Source of the DNA: Candidatus Spechtbacteria bacterium
GTDB taxonomy: Bacteria; Patescibacteriota; Minisyncoccia; Spechtbacterales; JACPHP01
Assembly (NCBI GenBank): GCA_016188605.1
Contig: JACPHP010000013.1
Location: 2,846-66,845, forward strand
DNA length: 64,000 nt
Reading direction: 5' to 3'
The translations under genes and the position numbers were made by a program. Under the pieces are notes generated by a model. It was not told where the DNA came from. It did not search any database and saw only the letters and a list, made by a program, of their open reading frames with translations. Shown here one piece after another: positions 39,103 through 48,640 of this stretch. The first letter of the stretch is position 1, and each line of letters begins with the position of its first letter.

Positions 39103-40155
39103 TTATCTTGGTGCCTTCTGAAAATCTGTTGTCACCAAAACATCGTGCAGCTTATCAATATTTTCAAGCACAACACCGGTACCGCGAGCGACTGCAGTTA
39201 AAGGGTCTTCCGCGATTACAACGGGCATCATAGTTTTTTCTGATACAAGTTCATCTAAACGCCTTAGCAACGACCCTCCGCCTGCAAGGATAATACCGCG
39301 CTTCATAATATCCGCGAGCAATTCAGGTGGAGTTTCTTCTACCGTTGATTTAATCGCGCCAACAATCGCGTCAATAGACGACGCGAGAGCTCTGCGTACA
39401 TGATCGTCATTAATAACAATTTCTTTTGGCAGACCTGTTACAAGGTCGCGCCCGCGCATCGTGGCCTCCAACGGCTCGCTAAGCGGCAAAGCCGAGCCAA
39501 TCTCAATCTTAATATCTTCAGCGGTGCGTTCGCCCAAAAGCAAATTAAACTCTTCGCGAGCGTAATGAATAATATCCTCATTAAGTTTATCTCCCGCGAC
39601 GCGCAAACTCCGCGCTCTTACAATGCCGCCAAGCGAGATGACCGCGACTTCCGTAGTTCCTCCGCCAATATCCACGATAATATTACCTGCTGCCTCCTGC
39701 ACGGGCAGGCGCGCGCCAATTGCCGCGGCCATGGGTTCCTCCATCAAAAAAACTTCTCTCGCGCCAGCGTTGCTTGCCGCATCCTCCACTGCGCGTTTTT
39801 CTACTTCGGTTACGCCATAAGGAATTGCGATAACTACGCGCGGACGAGGAAAAATAGAGAAAAAATCGCTATGCACTTTTTCAATAAAATACCGAAGCAT
39901 CTGCTCGGTAATTTCAAAATCGGAAACAACACCATCCACAAGCGGACGGCAAGCAACAATATGCGCGGGAGTTTTACCCACCATTCTGCGCGCATCCTCG
40001 CCAATTGCAAGAATCCTGCCAGTTTTTTTGTTAATCGCGACAACAGAGGGCTCATTGATTACAATCCCCTTACCCCGTACATAAACGAGGGTGTTGGCGG
40101 TTCCCAAATCTATGCCGATGTCTTTTGAAAATTTACCCCAAAGTTTGTCTAACAT
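39103..40155 (-). CDS. mreB: Rod-shape determining protein MreB
   Basis: IGIDLGTANTLVYVRGKGIV and actin-fold ATPase motifs. Length is 350 aa. Confidence 0.9.
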   Translation of the reverse strand: MLDKLWGKFSKDIGIDLGTANTLVYVRGKGIVINEPSVVAINKKTGRILAIGEDARRMVGKTPAHIVACRPLVDGVVSDFEITEQMLRYFIEKVHSDFFSIFPRPRVVIAIPYGVTEVEKRAVEDAASNAGAREVFLMEEPMAAAIGARLPVQEAAGNIIVDIGGGTTEVAVISLGGIVRARSLRVAGDKLNEDIIHYAREEFNLLLGERTAEDIKIEIGSALPLSEPLEATMRGRDLVTGLPKEIVINDDHVRRALASSIDAIVGAIKSTVEETPPELLADIMKRGIILAGGGSLLRRLDELVSEKTMMPVVIAEDPLTAVARGTGVVLENIDKLHDVLVTTDFQKAPR

Positions 40156-41392
40156 AATTCCCTATTGTTTCAAACGAAAAAATGCTTCCCCTTCCTTCTT
40201 CTTTGCGTGGTTTTATCTCCGCTCCACCCGATTCCAAGCTTTTCTTGCTCACTACCGCGCGCATCGGAATGCCAACGAGGTCGGCATCGGCGAATTTTTC
40301 TCCAGCTGTCATCTCTAAACGATCGTCGTATAACACTTCAATGCCTTGCTTTTCTAAAATTTCATATAGCTCTGTCGCTTTGCGTTCAGTTTCCTCATCA
40401 TCCGACAACCGCAATAAATTAACCTGATATGGCGCTATGTTGCCAGGCCAAATAATACCCTTATCATCATGGCTAACTTCAACTACAGCGCCCATGGTAC
40501 GCCCGACGCCAATTCCGTACGAGCCCATCACCACCAGATCCCTATCGCCTTTTTCATTAACAAACATTAAGTTAAATGCTTTGGAATATTTAGTGCCAAG
40601 GGGAAAAATGTTTCCTACTTCTATTGCTTTCTTTTCTTCAACAGTTCCACCGCATTTTGGACAAGCAACGCTTATATTCAAATGCGATATTTCGCTATTT
40701 TCCGCGTAATTGCATGATGAACATATATAAATCGTATCTTCTCCCACCGGACATATGACTTGAAACTCGTGCGTGTTGCTTATCGTAAAGTCGCCGCCGC
40801 TTGCAACTGTGTATACAGCATCGAGTCCACAACGCTTAAATGTTTTCATGTACGCACCCTTCACTTCTTCATAATAGCGAAATAAATCTTCCTCGCTTGA
40901 GTGAAAGCTGTACAAATCTTTCATCATGAATTCTCGCCCACGAAGTACGCCTGATTTGGCGCGCGGTTCGTTACGAAATTTTGTTTGTATTTGATACGCG
41001 GCAAAAGGCAAATCCTTGTAAGAATTGATAAAGCGCGAAGCGATCTCGGTTAATACTTCTTCGTGCGTCCATCCCAATATAAACGACGCTTTATCATCTT
41101 TCTTGCCACGCGCTTCAAATCCTACTTCCACATCAAAACGGCCTGTCGCGTCAAGGTACCTTCTTTCAACCAGCGCTGGCATTAATATTTCCTGCCCGCC
41201 GATTGCGTTCATTTCTTCACGAATAATCGAGTTTATCTTAGAAATTACTCGCCAGCCAAGCGGCAAATACGAATACACTCCTGCTGAATTTTTGTAAATA
41301 AACCCCGCGCGCTCCAGCAGCTGCGCGTTTACGCTCGCCTCATCGCGCGGATTTTCTTTGGTTGTTTTAGTGAATAAATGTGACTGGCGCAT
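40133..41392 (-). CDS. proS: Prolyl-tRNA synthetase (short bacterial form without editing insertion; Cys-rich insert)
   Basis: MRQSHLFTKTTKENPRDEASVNAQLLERAGFI N-terminus, class II motifs, Zn-like CSSCNYAENSEI...CPKCGG insertion, and a C-terminal anticodon-binding domain. Confidence 0.8.
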   Translation of the reverse strand: MRQSHLFTKTTKENPRDEASVNAQLLERAGFIYKNSAGVYSYLPLGWRVISKINSIIREEMNAIGGQEILMPALVERRYLDATGRFDVEVGFEARGKKDDKASFILGWTHEEVLTEIASRFINSYKDLPFAAYQIQTKFRNEPRAKSGVLRGREFMMKDLYSFHSSEEDLFRYYEEVKGAYMKTFKRCGLDAVYTVASGGDFTISNTHEFQVICPVGEDTIYICSSCNYAENSEISHLNISVACPKCGGTVEEKKAIEVGNIFPLGTKYSKAFNLMFVNEKGDRDLVVMGSYGIGVGRTMGAVVEVSHDDKGIIWPGNIAPYQVNLLRLSDDEETERKATELYEILEKQGIEVLYDDRLEMTAGEKFADADLVGIPMRAVVSKKSLESGGAEIKPRKEEGRGSIFSFETIGNYVRQTLG

Positions 41393-41436
41393 ACAAATTG
41401 AGTAATAGTATATCCTTCGTTCTTTGTGATAGGTGT

Positions 41437-41497
41437 CATCTCGAGCGAGCAGCAGCGACGAGAGATCTCTCGCGTGCGCGCTCGAGATGACACCTTT
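41437..41497. repeat. Palindromic element, copy 1 (GGTGTCATCTCGAGCGAGCAGCAGCGACGAGAGATCTCTCGCGTGCGCGCTCGAGATGACACC)
   Basis: Arms and internal CGAGAGATCTCTCG are shared with 60601-60655. Confidence 0.8.
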
Positions 41498-41507
41498 ATT
41501 TTACTTT

Positions 41508-42629
41508 TTAAAAAAGTTTAGCCACATCGCGAATTGTGATAACAATCGTCAGCAAAATTAGCAGCGCAAACCCAACTATGTGCGCGGCATTTTCAAATTT
41601 TTTATTTACAGGCGAGCCTTTTATTGCCTCAATTACAATAAATAATAGCCGCCCGCCATCAAGCGCTGGAAAAGGAATAACATTTATAATCGCGAGATTC
41701 AATGAAAGAAATGCGACAAACTGCAAAACATAAATAAATCCTAAATTACTTACCTGATACACAAGATGCGCCACGCCTACGGGCCCGGCAATATCAGCGC
41801 TTAGCTTGCCAGTGGTGAAAATGCCGCTGATTAGTTGCCAAAAACCCTGCGCCAACGCGCCAAGATTATAGAATGTTGTCTGCGCGCCTTGCCATACTGC
41901 CGCGTACCATGGATAAGAGATAATTCCGCTTCGTATCATGCCTATACCAAGCGCGCCTTCGCCCGCAGGTGGATTTTCGCGCGGAGTTACAGAGATAGAG
42001 AGGTGCTGAGAACCACGCAAAATCTCTACATGTATTTCATGCCCTTTATTTTGATCAATAATATTTTTAACGTCATCAACTGAATCAATTTTAATACCCG
42101 CAAGCCATGGCTCAATCCATGTTGGAGGAATAGCTATCCTATCTATAACATCGCCCATCTGAATACCTGCTTGCGAAGCAGGCGAATTTGGCACAACCTC
42201 TATAATCTGCACGTGTACGTCGCGCGCTTGAGCTGCTTGAGAATCACTTTCAATAATAGTCGGCAAGCCAACTATATGCCCGCCAGTATATAAAACGAAT
42301 GCAAGAAAAACATTCATTGTAACTCCGGCTGCTATTACAAGCGCGCGCGCCCAAATCGGTTTGGACGCAAAACTTTCAGGATTTTGCGCTTCCTCGCCAC
42401 TCTCGCCCATAATTCGCACAAACCCTCCAAACGGCAGAGCGTTAATTGAGTAAATTGTTTCGCCCCTTTTTACGCCATAAACTCTGGGAGGAAAACCAAA
42501 ACCAAATTCCTCCACCTTGGCTCCCGCAAGCTTTGCAACAACAAAATGCCCAAGTTCGTGAACGAATACGAGTAAAGAAAATGCGACTACAAGAATAACA
42601 ATAGTAAGTATCATCGGCGTTAGCATCAA
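41508..42629 (-). CDS. rseP: Site-2 protease RseP (M50 zinc metalloprotease with PDZ domain)
   Basis: HELGHFVVAK (HExxH), a PDZ region, and C-terminal TM helices. Confidence 0.8.
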   Translation of the reverse strand: MMLTPMILTIVILVVAFSLLVFVHELGHFVVAKLAGAKVEEFGFGFPPRVYGVKRGETIYSINALPFGGFVRIMGESGEEAQNPESFASKPIWARALVIAAGVTMNVFLAFVLYTGGHIVGLPTIIESDSQAAQARDVHVQIIEVVPNSPASQAGIQMGDVIDRIAIPPTWIEPWLAGIKIDSVDDVKNIIDQNKGHEIHVEILRGSQHLSISVTPRENPPAGEGALGIGMIRSGIISYPWYAAVWQGAQTTFYNLGALAQGFWQLISGIFTTGKLSADIAGPVGVAHLVYQVSNLGFIYVLQFVAFLSLNLAIINVIPFPALDGGRLLFIVIEAIKGSPVNKKFENAAHIVGFALLILLTIVITIRDVAKLF

Positions 42630-42716
42630 CGAATAACGAATAAAGTACTAATATACGAATATCTTACAATTAGTTGATTCGTTTATTCGTAAGGGATTCG
42701 TTATTCGTTGATTCAG
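42630..42716. repeat. Word-based palindrome (word CGAATAACGAAT), second locus
   Basis: AACGAATAACGAATAAAG ... GATTCGTTTATTCGTAAGGGATTCGTTATTCGTTGATTC. Confidence 0.85.
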
Positions 42717-43265
42717 TTATTGTTCCATCAAATCTTTCTCTTTTTCTGCCCCTATATCGTGAATCTTTTGATTATACTCCTCAACCGCTTTTTGCACGAG
42801 CTCTCGCTGCTTAAATTTTTCGTCTTCCGAAATATCGCCGGTCTCCTCCGCTTTGTCAATTTCCTTGATAGCATCTTCGCGAACGCGCCTAATGCTAACC
42901 CTTGATTCCTCTATCCTCGTGCCAACAATCTTCACCAGTTCTCTTCGACTCTCTTCAGTCAAAGGCGGTAAATTAATACGTATATGATCCCCCTCAACAA
43001 CTGGACTAATGCTAAGCTCGGTTTGGCGCAATGCTTTCTCAATAGCGGGGATTATTCCTCTGTCCCACGGCTGAATAAGAATAGTGCGGACTTCTGGTGT
43101 AGAAATAGAACCTAATTGCTTAATTTCCATCATTGTGCCATATGCCTCCACTTTAATATCCTCCACCAATTCAGCAGATGCGCGCGATGTGCGCAGTTTA
43201 TGCAATTCAGATTCCAAAGAATCTATCTGTTCGTCAAAATTTTTTCGTAATATATTTATATCCAT
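42717..43265 (-). CDS. frr: Ribosome recycling factor
   Basis: The 182-aa product has conserved RRF motifs (IRINLPPLTEERRRELVK...). Confidence 0.9.
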   Translation of the reverse strand: MDINILRKNFDEQIDSLESELHKLRTSRASAELVEDIKVEAYGTMMEIKQLGSISTPEVRTILIQPWDRGIIPAIEKALRQTELSISPVVEGDHIRINLPPLTEESRRELVKIVGTRIEESRVSIRRVREDAIKEIDKAEETGDISEDEKFKQRELVQKAVEEYNQKIHDIGAEKEKDLMEQ

Positions 43266-43315
43266 AATAATCTCAAATCTAAGTAGTTTTGCGATTTAAA
43301 ATTTGAGTTTTAAGA

Positions 43316-44446
43316 TTAATGTTTCGTTCCTATAAATATAATGTTTGAATTAAAAGGATTAACTGCTAAAATATTTACTGTTTCTTGCGCCGGAATGTTG
43401 CGTGCCTGCCAAGTTATGCCAGCATCTTTACTAACATATATCTGACTATCGACTAAGGCGAAAAGATCGTTGTTAGAAGCGCCTATCTGGAAGTCAGAAA
43501 TTGGAGCAGCTCCAGCAGTAATTAAGAACGGAATGAGAGTAAATTTTACCCCTTTGTCACGTGAACGTAAAATACCATAGTCGGTAGCAAGATACAATAA
43601 AGATGAATTGCCCCTTGCAACTCTCAAGCCGTTAACTTGCTGCGCTTGTCGAGAAAATGATGCCAGGGCTGATGAACCGTCGCGCCATGTTTTTCCTTTA
43701 TCAATAGATTGAAAGAATCCATTTGGCCCTGAAGAATAAACATACAAATTGCTTGAATTGTTGGTATCCATAACCAGCCCTCTTACTTCTACACCTTGAA
43801 AGGTATGTGCTACTTTCCATGAAAATCCCATGTCATTGCTTTGCAGTAGCGACCCAGTGCTTGTAAGCGCAAATACATTTCTCGGATCACTGAAATCAAC
43901 CGCGAGGCTATTTATCACTCCGCCCCTTGAAAGACCCGAATAAACATTCTGAAATGTCTTACCTTTATCCGATGAACGCCACAGTAAACTCGTTTGCTGG
44001 TCAACCACTGAAGCCGCAAAAATTATCGATGGATTTTGTGCGTTAACTGCTACAGCTGTTATTGTTGTTCCGCTTGGTAATGTATCCACGCCAAGCTGAG
44101 TCCAAATATTTTCATCTTGATTGTGCACAAAAAATCCATACGATGTTGCCGCTAAAAGACGCCGTGCGTCAGTTGGATCAAAAAGAAAACTGTAGATATC
44201 GGCTCCTGCTATATTTACACCAGTTGCTTTTTGCGCTCCTTGCCATGTACCGCTTTGTTGATTGAAAGAAAGCACTGCCGAGGAAATGTTTCTCACTCCG
44301 GGTATATTCGGCGGAGTTATGGTAATACTAGGTGCCTTAGGGCTACCCGACAACCCCGGAAAAACACTCCTAGCCGCTTTATATGCAAGCGCTATAGCGG
44401 AAACGAGAAGAGTAGCGAAGAGTAATACAAATAATGAGTTCTTCAT
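43316..44446 (-). CDS. Secreted BNR/Asp-box repeat beta-propeller protein
   Basis: Signal peptide is followed by four S-x-D-x-G-x-T-W/F Asp-box motifs (SDKGKTF, SNDMGFSW, SIDKGKTW, SKDAGITW). Confidence 0.5.
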   Translation of the reverse strand: MKNSLFVLLFATLLVSAIALAYKAARSVFPGLSGSPKAPSITITPPNIPGVRNISSAVLSFNQQSGTWQGAQKATGVNIAGADIYSFLFDPTDARRLLAATSYGFFVHNQDENIWTQLGVDTLPSGTTITAVAVNAQNPSIIFAASVVDQQTSLLWRSSDKGKTFQNVYSGLSRGGVINSLAVDFSDPRNVFALTSTGSLLQSNDMGFSWKVAHTFQGVEVRGLVMDTNNSSNLYVYSSGPNGFFQSIDKGKTWRDGSSALASFSRQAQQVNGLRVARGNSSLLYLATDYGILRSRDKGVKFTLIPFLITAGAAPISDFQIGASNNDLFALVDSQIYVSKDAGITWQARNIPAQETVNILAVNPFNSNIIFIGTKH

Positions 44447-44460
44447 AATCTATAGATTTA

Positions 44461-44570
44461 TCAAAAGTATACTCGCGAATATAAAAGAATACAGAATTGA
44501 GAATACGGAATACAGGAACCGCGTCCCTGTATTCTTTATTCTGTATTCTTTATTCTAATTCCCGCGTACT
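44461..44570. repeat. Word-based palindrome (word GAATACAGAAT), second locus
   Basis: GAATACAGAATTGAGAATACGGAATACAGGAACCGCGTCCCTGTATTCTTTATTCTGTATTCTTTATTC. Confidence 0.85.
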
Positions 44571-45459
44571 CAAGCGCAATTTGTGCGTTTCCGTTGGCAC
44601 GAATCGCCTCGCGCGCCTCTTGGATGCATTGAACTGCATGAAATGCAGACGCTTGCGCAAAAAAAATAATCCACCTCTCTAGTATATCACTAATTTCGAC
44701 ACGTTCTTTTTTACCAACAATTTCCGCGAGAGCAAATCGCTGATCAATTGAACCGCGAAGGAACAACTCTGCCTCGTTTCTAGCTTCACTTATCTGTTTC
44801 CGCATAACTTCGCTATTTTGAAGCTCAAATAAAAGACCTGGCCTACCCCTACCGTAGACAATGAACTCTTCACTTAGTTTAACATTCTCAAGAAGCTCAA
44901 TTTCTTTTTCGGGTACCAAACGAAATCGTAAAATTGTACTTCGTGATGCAATAGTTGGAAGTACCGAATCGCTCGTGCGTGTTATGAGAAAAAAAATTGT
45001 ATGCGATGCCGGCTCCTCAAGTTCTTTAAGCAATGCTTGGCCCGCCCCATGCATTAACGAATCGGCTCCGTCAATAATAATTAAGCGATACTGACCGAAA
45101 AACGGCGTATGCCTGCATGCGCGCTTAATTTCCCGCGCATTTTCCATGGTCAGGGGCGCGGAAAAAATCCGCACATCCGCGTAATCCCCGCCGTCTATCG
45201 ATACACAGGTATCGCAGACGCATAATTTTTTAGTAAATTCAAAAAAAGAATCACTGTGTTTACCCTCAAGCCATTTTGAAAACTCGCGCGCGATATGCTT
45301 TTTGCCAACGCCTTCTGGCCCCACAAAAAGATATGCCTGCGAAAGCATATCGTGTCTTACTGAAGCATCAAGAAAGTCTATTACTCTTTTGTGACCGACT
45401 ATCATAAACTTAATTATATCATTCTTTGCAATCCGACCAAACATATAATACAAAATCAT
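44536..45459 (-). CDS. holB: DNA polymerase III delta prime subunit
   Basis: AYLFVGPEGVGK (AAA+ P-loop), Zn module CVCDTCVSID, and SRS sensor. Its ATG overlaps the stop of the upstream glycosyltransferase (ATGA). Confidence 0.75.
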   Translation of the reverse strand: MILYYMFGRIAKNDIIKFMIVGHKRVIDFLDASVRHDMLSQAYLFVGPEGVGKKHIAREFSKWLEGKHSDSFFEFTKKLCVCDTCVSIDGGDYADVRIFSAPLTMENAREIKRACRHTPFFGQYRLIIIDGADSLMHGAGQALLKELEEPASHTIFFLITRTSDSVLPTIASRSTILRFRLVPEKEIELLENVKLSEEFIVYGRGRPGLLFELQNSEVMRKQISEARNEAELFLRGSIDQRFALAEIVGKKERVEISDILERWIIFFAQASAFHAVQCIQEAREAIRANGNAQIALEYAGIRIKNTE

Positions 45460-46598
45460 TTTTCCATTTTGCTAGCTAAAATATCACGTAAAAATCTGCG
45501 GAGTTCCTGTGCAAATCTTTCTTGGCTAAAAAGCTCGGCTCTGCGGCGTATTATCTCGGGGTCATAATTTTGATAATTTTTATTCAGTCGGCGCACTGCG
45601 TCCGCAAGCACAGCCGAATCGGGGTCGTCAAAAAACTCTCCATGCACACCCTCCATTACCGATTCCTGAACTCCGCCTCTGCGTAAAGCTATCACGGGCT
45701 TGCCATATAGCATAGCTTCAACCGGAGCGATGCCAAAATCATCATCACTAGGGAATACAAACGCCTTGCATTCCTTTAAATACTCATGCACTACCGCATC
45801 TGATTGAGCGCCTAGAAATGTTATGGAGTTACCGGCAATCCCTCGTAGATATTCACGCTCCGGCCCATCGCCAATTACAACTAATGGCAGGCCAATTTTA
45901 GAAAATGCCTCAACGGCTATATCTACATTTTTATATTTCTGAAGATATGAAACGATTAGAAAATATTCGCCCCTTCTTACATCGACTTCATTGAGCAAAT
46001 TATTACGCGGTGCTGTAACTGGTGGATATATAACTTGAGCATCGCGACGATAAAATTTTTGTACGCGAGCGCGCACGGCGTTAGAGTTGGCAATAATATA
46101 ATCAGGCCGCTGTGCCGCCTCAAAATCCCACGTACGAAGTAAATGAAGAGCGATACGGCCAATACCGCCCGCAAACCCCTGCGTTTGCGCGGCGTATTGC
46201 TGAGTAAAGTCCCACAAAAAACGAGTTGGGGTATGACAATACCAAATATGCACAGTATGAGGGCTTGTGATAATGCCTTTTGTAAATGAAGCGGATGAAG
46301 AAATTACAATATCAAAATCGTGAAAATCAAACTGTTCTGTAGCGGAAATTAAAAGAGGAGCTAAGTATTTGTAATGCCGGTGCGCAAACAAGGGCAGGCG
46401 CTGCAGCCACGACGCGCGAACGTCGGCATCCGCAAAACGCTCACGCGCAATTTTTTTATCGGCAAATAATGTATATATAGGAGCGCTGGGAAAAAGCGAG
46501 TGCATAGCCGAAAGCACGCGTTCAGCTCCACCGTAACGAATCAAAAAATCGTGAACGAGCGCAATGCGCAATGGTTTATCGGGTGTCATATAACACAC
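45456..46598 (-). CDS. Glycosyltransferase family 1 (GT4-type)
   Basis: DDDFGIAPVEAMLYGKPVIALRRGG is the EX7E-type GT1 motif region. Confidence 0.7.
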   Translation of the reverse strand: MCYMTPDKPLRIALVHDFLIRYGGAERVLSAMHSLFPSAPIYTLFADKKIARERFADADVRASWLQRLPLFAHRHYKYLAPLLISATEQFDFHDFDIVISSSASFTKGIITSPHTVHIWYCHTPTRFLWDFTQQYAAQTQGFAGGIGRIALHLLRTWDFEAAQRPDYIIANSNAVRARVQKFYRRDAQVIYPPVTAPRNNLLNEVDVRRGEYFLIVSYLQKYKNVDIAVEAFSKIGLPLVVIGDGPEREYLRGIAGNSITFLGAQSDAVVHEYLKECKAFVFPSDDDFGIAPVEAMLYGKPVIALRRGGVQESVMEGVHGEFFDDPDSAVLADAVRRLNKNYQNYDPEIIRRRAELFSQERFAQELRRFLRDILASKMEK

Positions 46599-46622
46599 TC
46601 TATCGCTTTCACGTTGCTTGCG

Positions 46623-47177
46623 TCAACAAAGACCCTGATGCGTATTTTTTAAAATCTCTGGCAAATCCAGCACATCCACTCTTTGCAGTTTATCCCCATC
46701 ATCAAATACGCAGTGATACTGCATTGGCTTTTCGCTGATAATCATGTGGGAGAGAAAATGAGGCACATTATCAGCTATTTCCGGATTGCCTATCGTGCAG
46801 ACCCAGTCAATTGGCTTCCACGCTATTATTCCCTCGTTTATTGCGCGATCCTCTTCCCATGTTAGCTGATGAGGCGCGAGATCTGACACAAACGCAAACA
46901 TTCCAGAAGTAATCCTGTCAGCTTGTTGATTCTGCCATCCTTCCCATGTCACGACACCGGCGTAACGTAGACTGCTTGCTTGAGTTAAATCAATTTCCGT
47001 CTCCTCCATCATCTCGCGGCAAACACTTTCGTAAGGCGTTTCGCCGGGCTCAATTTTTCCTCCGGCGCCATTCCAGCGATTCAGCCATGGCTGCTTATGG
47101 CGATAGATCATGGCAACTTTGCCGTCTTTCAAGGGGAAGCAAATTGTAAACTTCATATCAAAATTGCCGATTTGCAT
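46623..47177 (-). CDS. NUDIX hydrolase
   Basis: GGKIEPGETPYESVCREMMEETEI is the Nudix box G-x5-E-x7-REUxEExGU. The start is uncertain; Met 20 or Met 27 of the listed ORF. Confidence 0.7.
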   Translation of the reverse strand: MQIGNFDMKFTICFPLKDGKVAMIYRHKQPWLNRWNGAGGKIEPGETPYESVCREMMEETEIDLTQASSLRYAGVVTWEGWQNQQADRITSGMFAFVSDLAPHQLTWEEDRAINEGIIAWKPIDWVCTIGNPEIADNVPHFLSHMIISEKPMQYHCVFDDGDKLQRVDVLDLPEILKNTHQGLC

Positions 47178-47278
47178 ATGCCATAATTGCCCAAGAGGGC
47201 AAGTTACTTTGTAATACAGCCCTATTAGCTGCAATTATGAGCACTCGGTAATTTGAGCTTTGCTCAAATTACCGAGAT

Positions 47279-48433
47279 TCAATATATACCTTTTTGTTCG
47301 ATAAATTCTAAAGTCTCTCCTGCGCATCTTCCCCATGTAAAACGCATAGAATTTTCGCGAGCTTTCCTTTGCATATCTCCGTATAATATTTTATTTGACA
47401 TTATTTTCAGCAAAGATTCCGCGATACTTTCTGGCCTGGCAGGGTCGCAATATATCGCCCCCTCGCCTCCTATTTCTTGCAAAAAAGACGAGGCTATCAC
47501 GGGTATGCCATGGCTTTGCGCTTCCAAGATAGGCATGCCAAAGCCCTCATCGAATGAAGGGAAAAGCAAAATGTCAGAATTTTGATAAATTATTTCTTTT
47601 TCCTGATCAGTAATAAATCTATTGATATTAATAAGTGTCGCATTATTAAAAAGTTGGTCTTGCAAGCTTGAGGCAAACGTATCATTGCCTCGCGGGCCTA
47701 CGATGTTGATGGTAAAAGATATAGATGTTTTCTCGCGCAAAATATGAAACGCCTCGGTGATTCCCTTAATATTCTTCCTCTTATCCTTACGGCCGATAAA
47801 TAAGATGTTTTTAGCTCCTGTATTCTGTATTCTGTATTCTGTATTCTGTTGCATATTCATGCCATGATGAATTATCTTAATGGGCGTTTCTGTCGGGAAA
47901 AACTCCTCAATCCCCCTTTTTGTATGCTCCGAAATCGCAATTATTCCTTTTGCATTTTGAATAGTTTTTTTAGTAGTCCAACGCAAATACTGCCTTTGCA
48001 AGAATAAATACGCCCACGGAACTCGCTCCCATTCAACGCCATGGATGGTGGCAACGCCTGGAATCCCAACCGATGACCATCTGATTGGCAGTGGATGTGC
48101 TGGGCTAAAAAAAATATCTGGTTTTATTTTGTTAACAAGGCTTGGCAAAATTATTTGATGCCACATTGGCCGATATGGCGAATAAACAATTCTTGTATTC
48201 TGTGGCAGTTTCCCTAAGGTTTTAGAAACTTCCTGTAAATTATTACCCCCCTTCGCGCCGATTGACATTGGCGCTTCGAAGGGGTTATTCTCCTCTGCAG
48301 AGGAGAATAAAAAAAACTCGTGCTCGCGGGCGCTATCTAGCGCCAGCATATGAGTAATGAGCTGATAAGTATATTCTTCTACTCCGGTTCTCTGTGATTT
48401 CAGGGCTGAGGTGATGTCGATACCAATTTTCAT
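47279..48433 (-). CDS. Glycosyltransferase family 1 (GT4-type) containing an in-frame heptanucleotide tandem repeat
   Basis: EGFGMPILEAQSHGIPVIASS motif. Positions 47811-47850 carry four copies of TGTATTC, encoding QNTEYRIQNTG. Confidence 0.7.
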   Translation of the reverse strand: MKIGIDITSALKSQRTGVEEYTYQLITHMLALDSAREHEFFLFSSAEENNPFEAPMSIGAKGGNNLQEVSKTLGKLPQNTRIVYSPYRPMWHQIILPSLVNKIKPDIFFSPAHPLPIRWSSVGIPGVATIHGVEWERVPWAYLFLQRQYLRWTTKKTIQNAKGIIAISEHTKRGIEEFFPTETPIKIIHHGMNMQQNTEYRIQNTGAKNILFIGRKDKRKNIKGITEAFHILREKTSISFTINIVGPRGNDTFASSLQDQLFNNATLININRFITDQEKEIIYQNSDILLFPSFDEGFGMPILEAQSHGIPVIASSFLQEIGGEGAIYCDPARPESIAESLLKIMSNKILYGDMQRKARENSMRFTWGRCAGETLEFIEQKGIY

Positions 48434-48449
48434 AGCTGAATCTGATAAA

Positions 48450-48640
48450 TTATCTTATCTTAAAACGCAAATCTAAAATGGCAAAACTAAATCTCAAAAT
48501 TCTCAGCCAAAGGCTGATCCCCGCCAGAGGCGGGCAGGCGCCTCTGGCGGAAAAACTTTTAATCTGACGTCGAAGATTTTACATTTAAGATTTAGATTTG
48601 AGATTTGCCATTTGAGATTTAAGATAATAACTGATTCTAT
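48450..48640. repeat. Composite element (AT-word arms, TCAGCCAAAGGCTGA, core hairpin CCGCCAGAGGCG-GGCAG-GCGCCTCTGGCGG); 3' of the second mreB
   Basis: Read directly. Core is identical to 49716-49760 and to the reverse complement of 39010-39050. Confidence 0.9.

Noticed and set aside
39400-40128. A 242-aa plus-strand ORF antisense to mreB.
   Set aside because: It lies completely within the strongly supported mreB coding region on the opposite strand. Its composition is low-complexity with no motifs.
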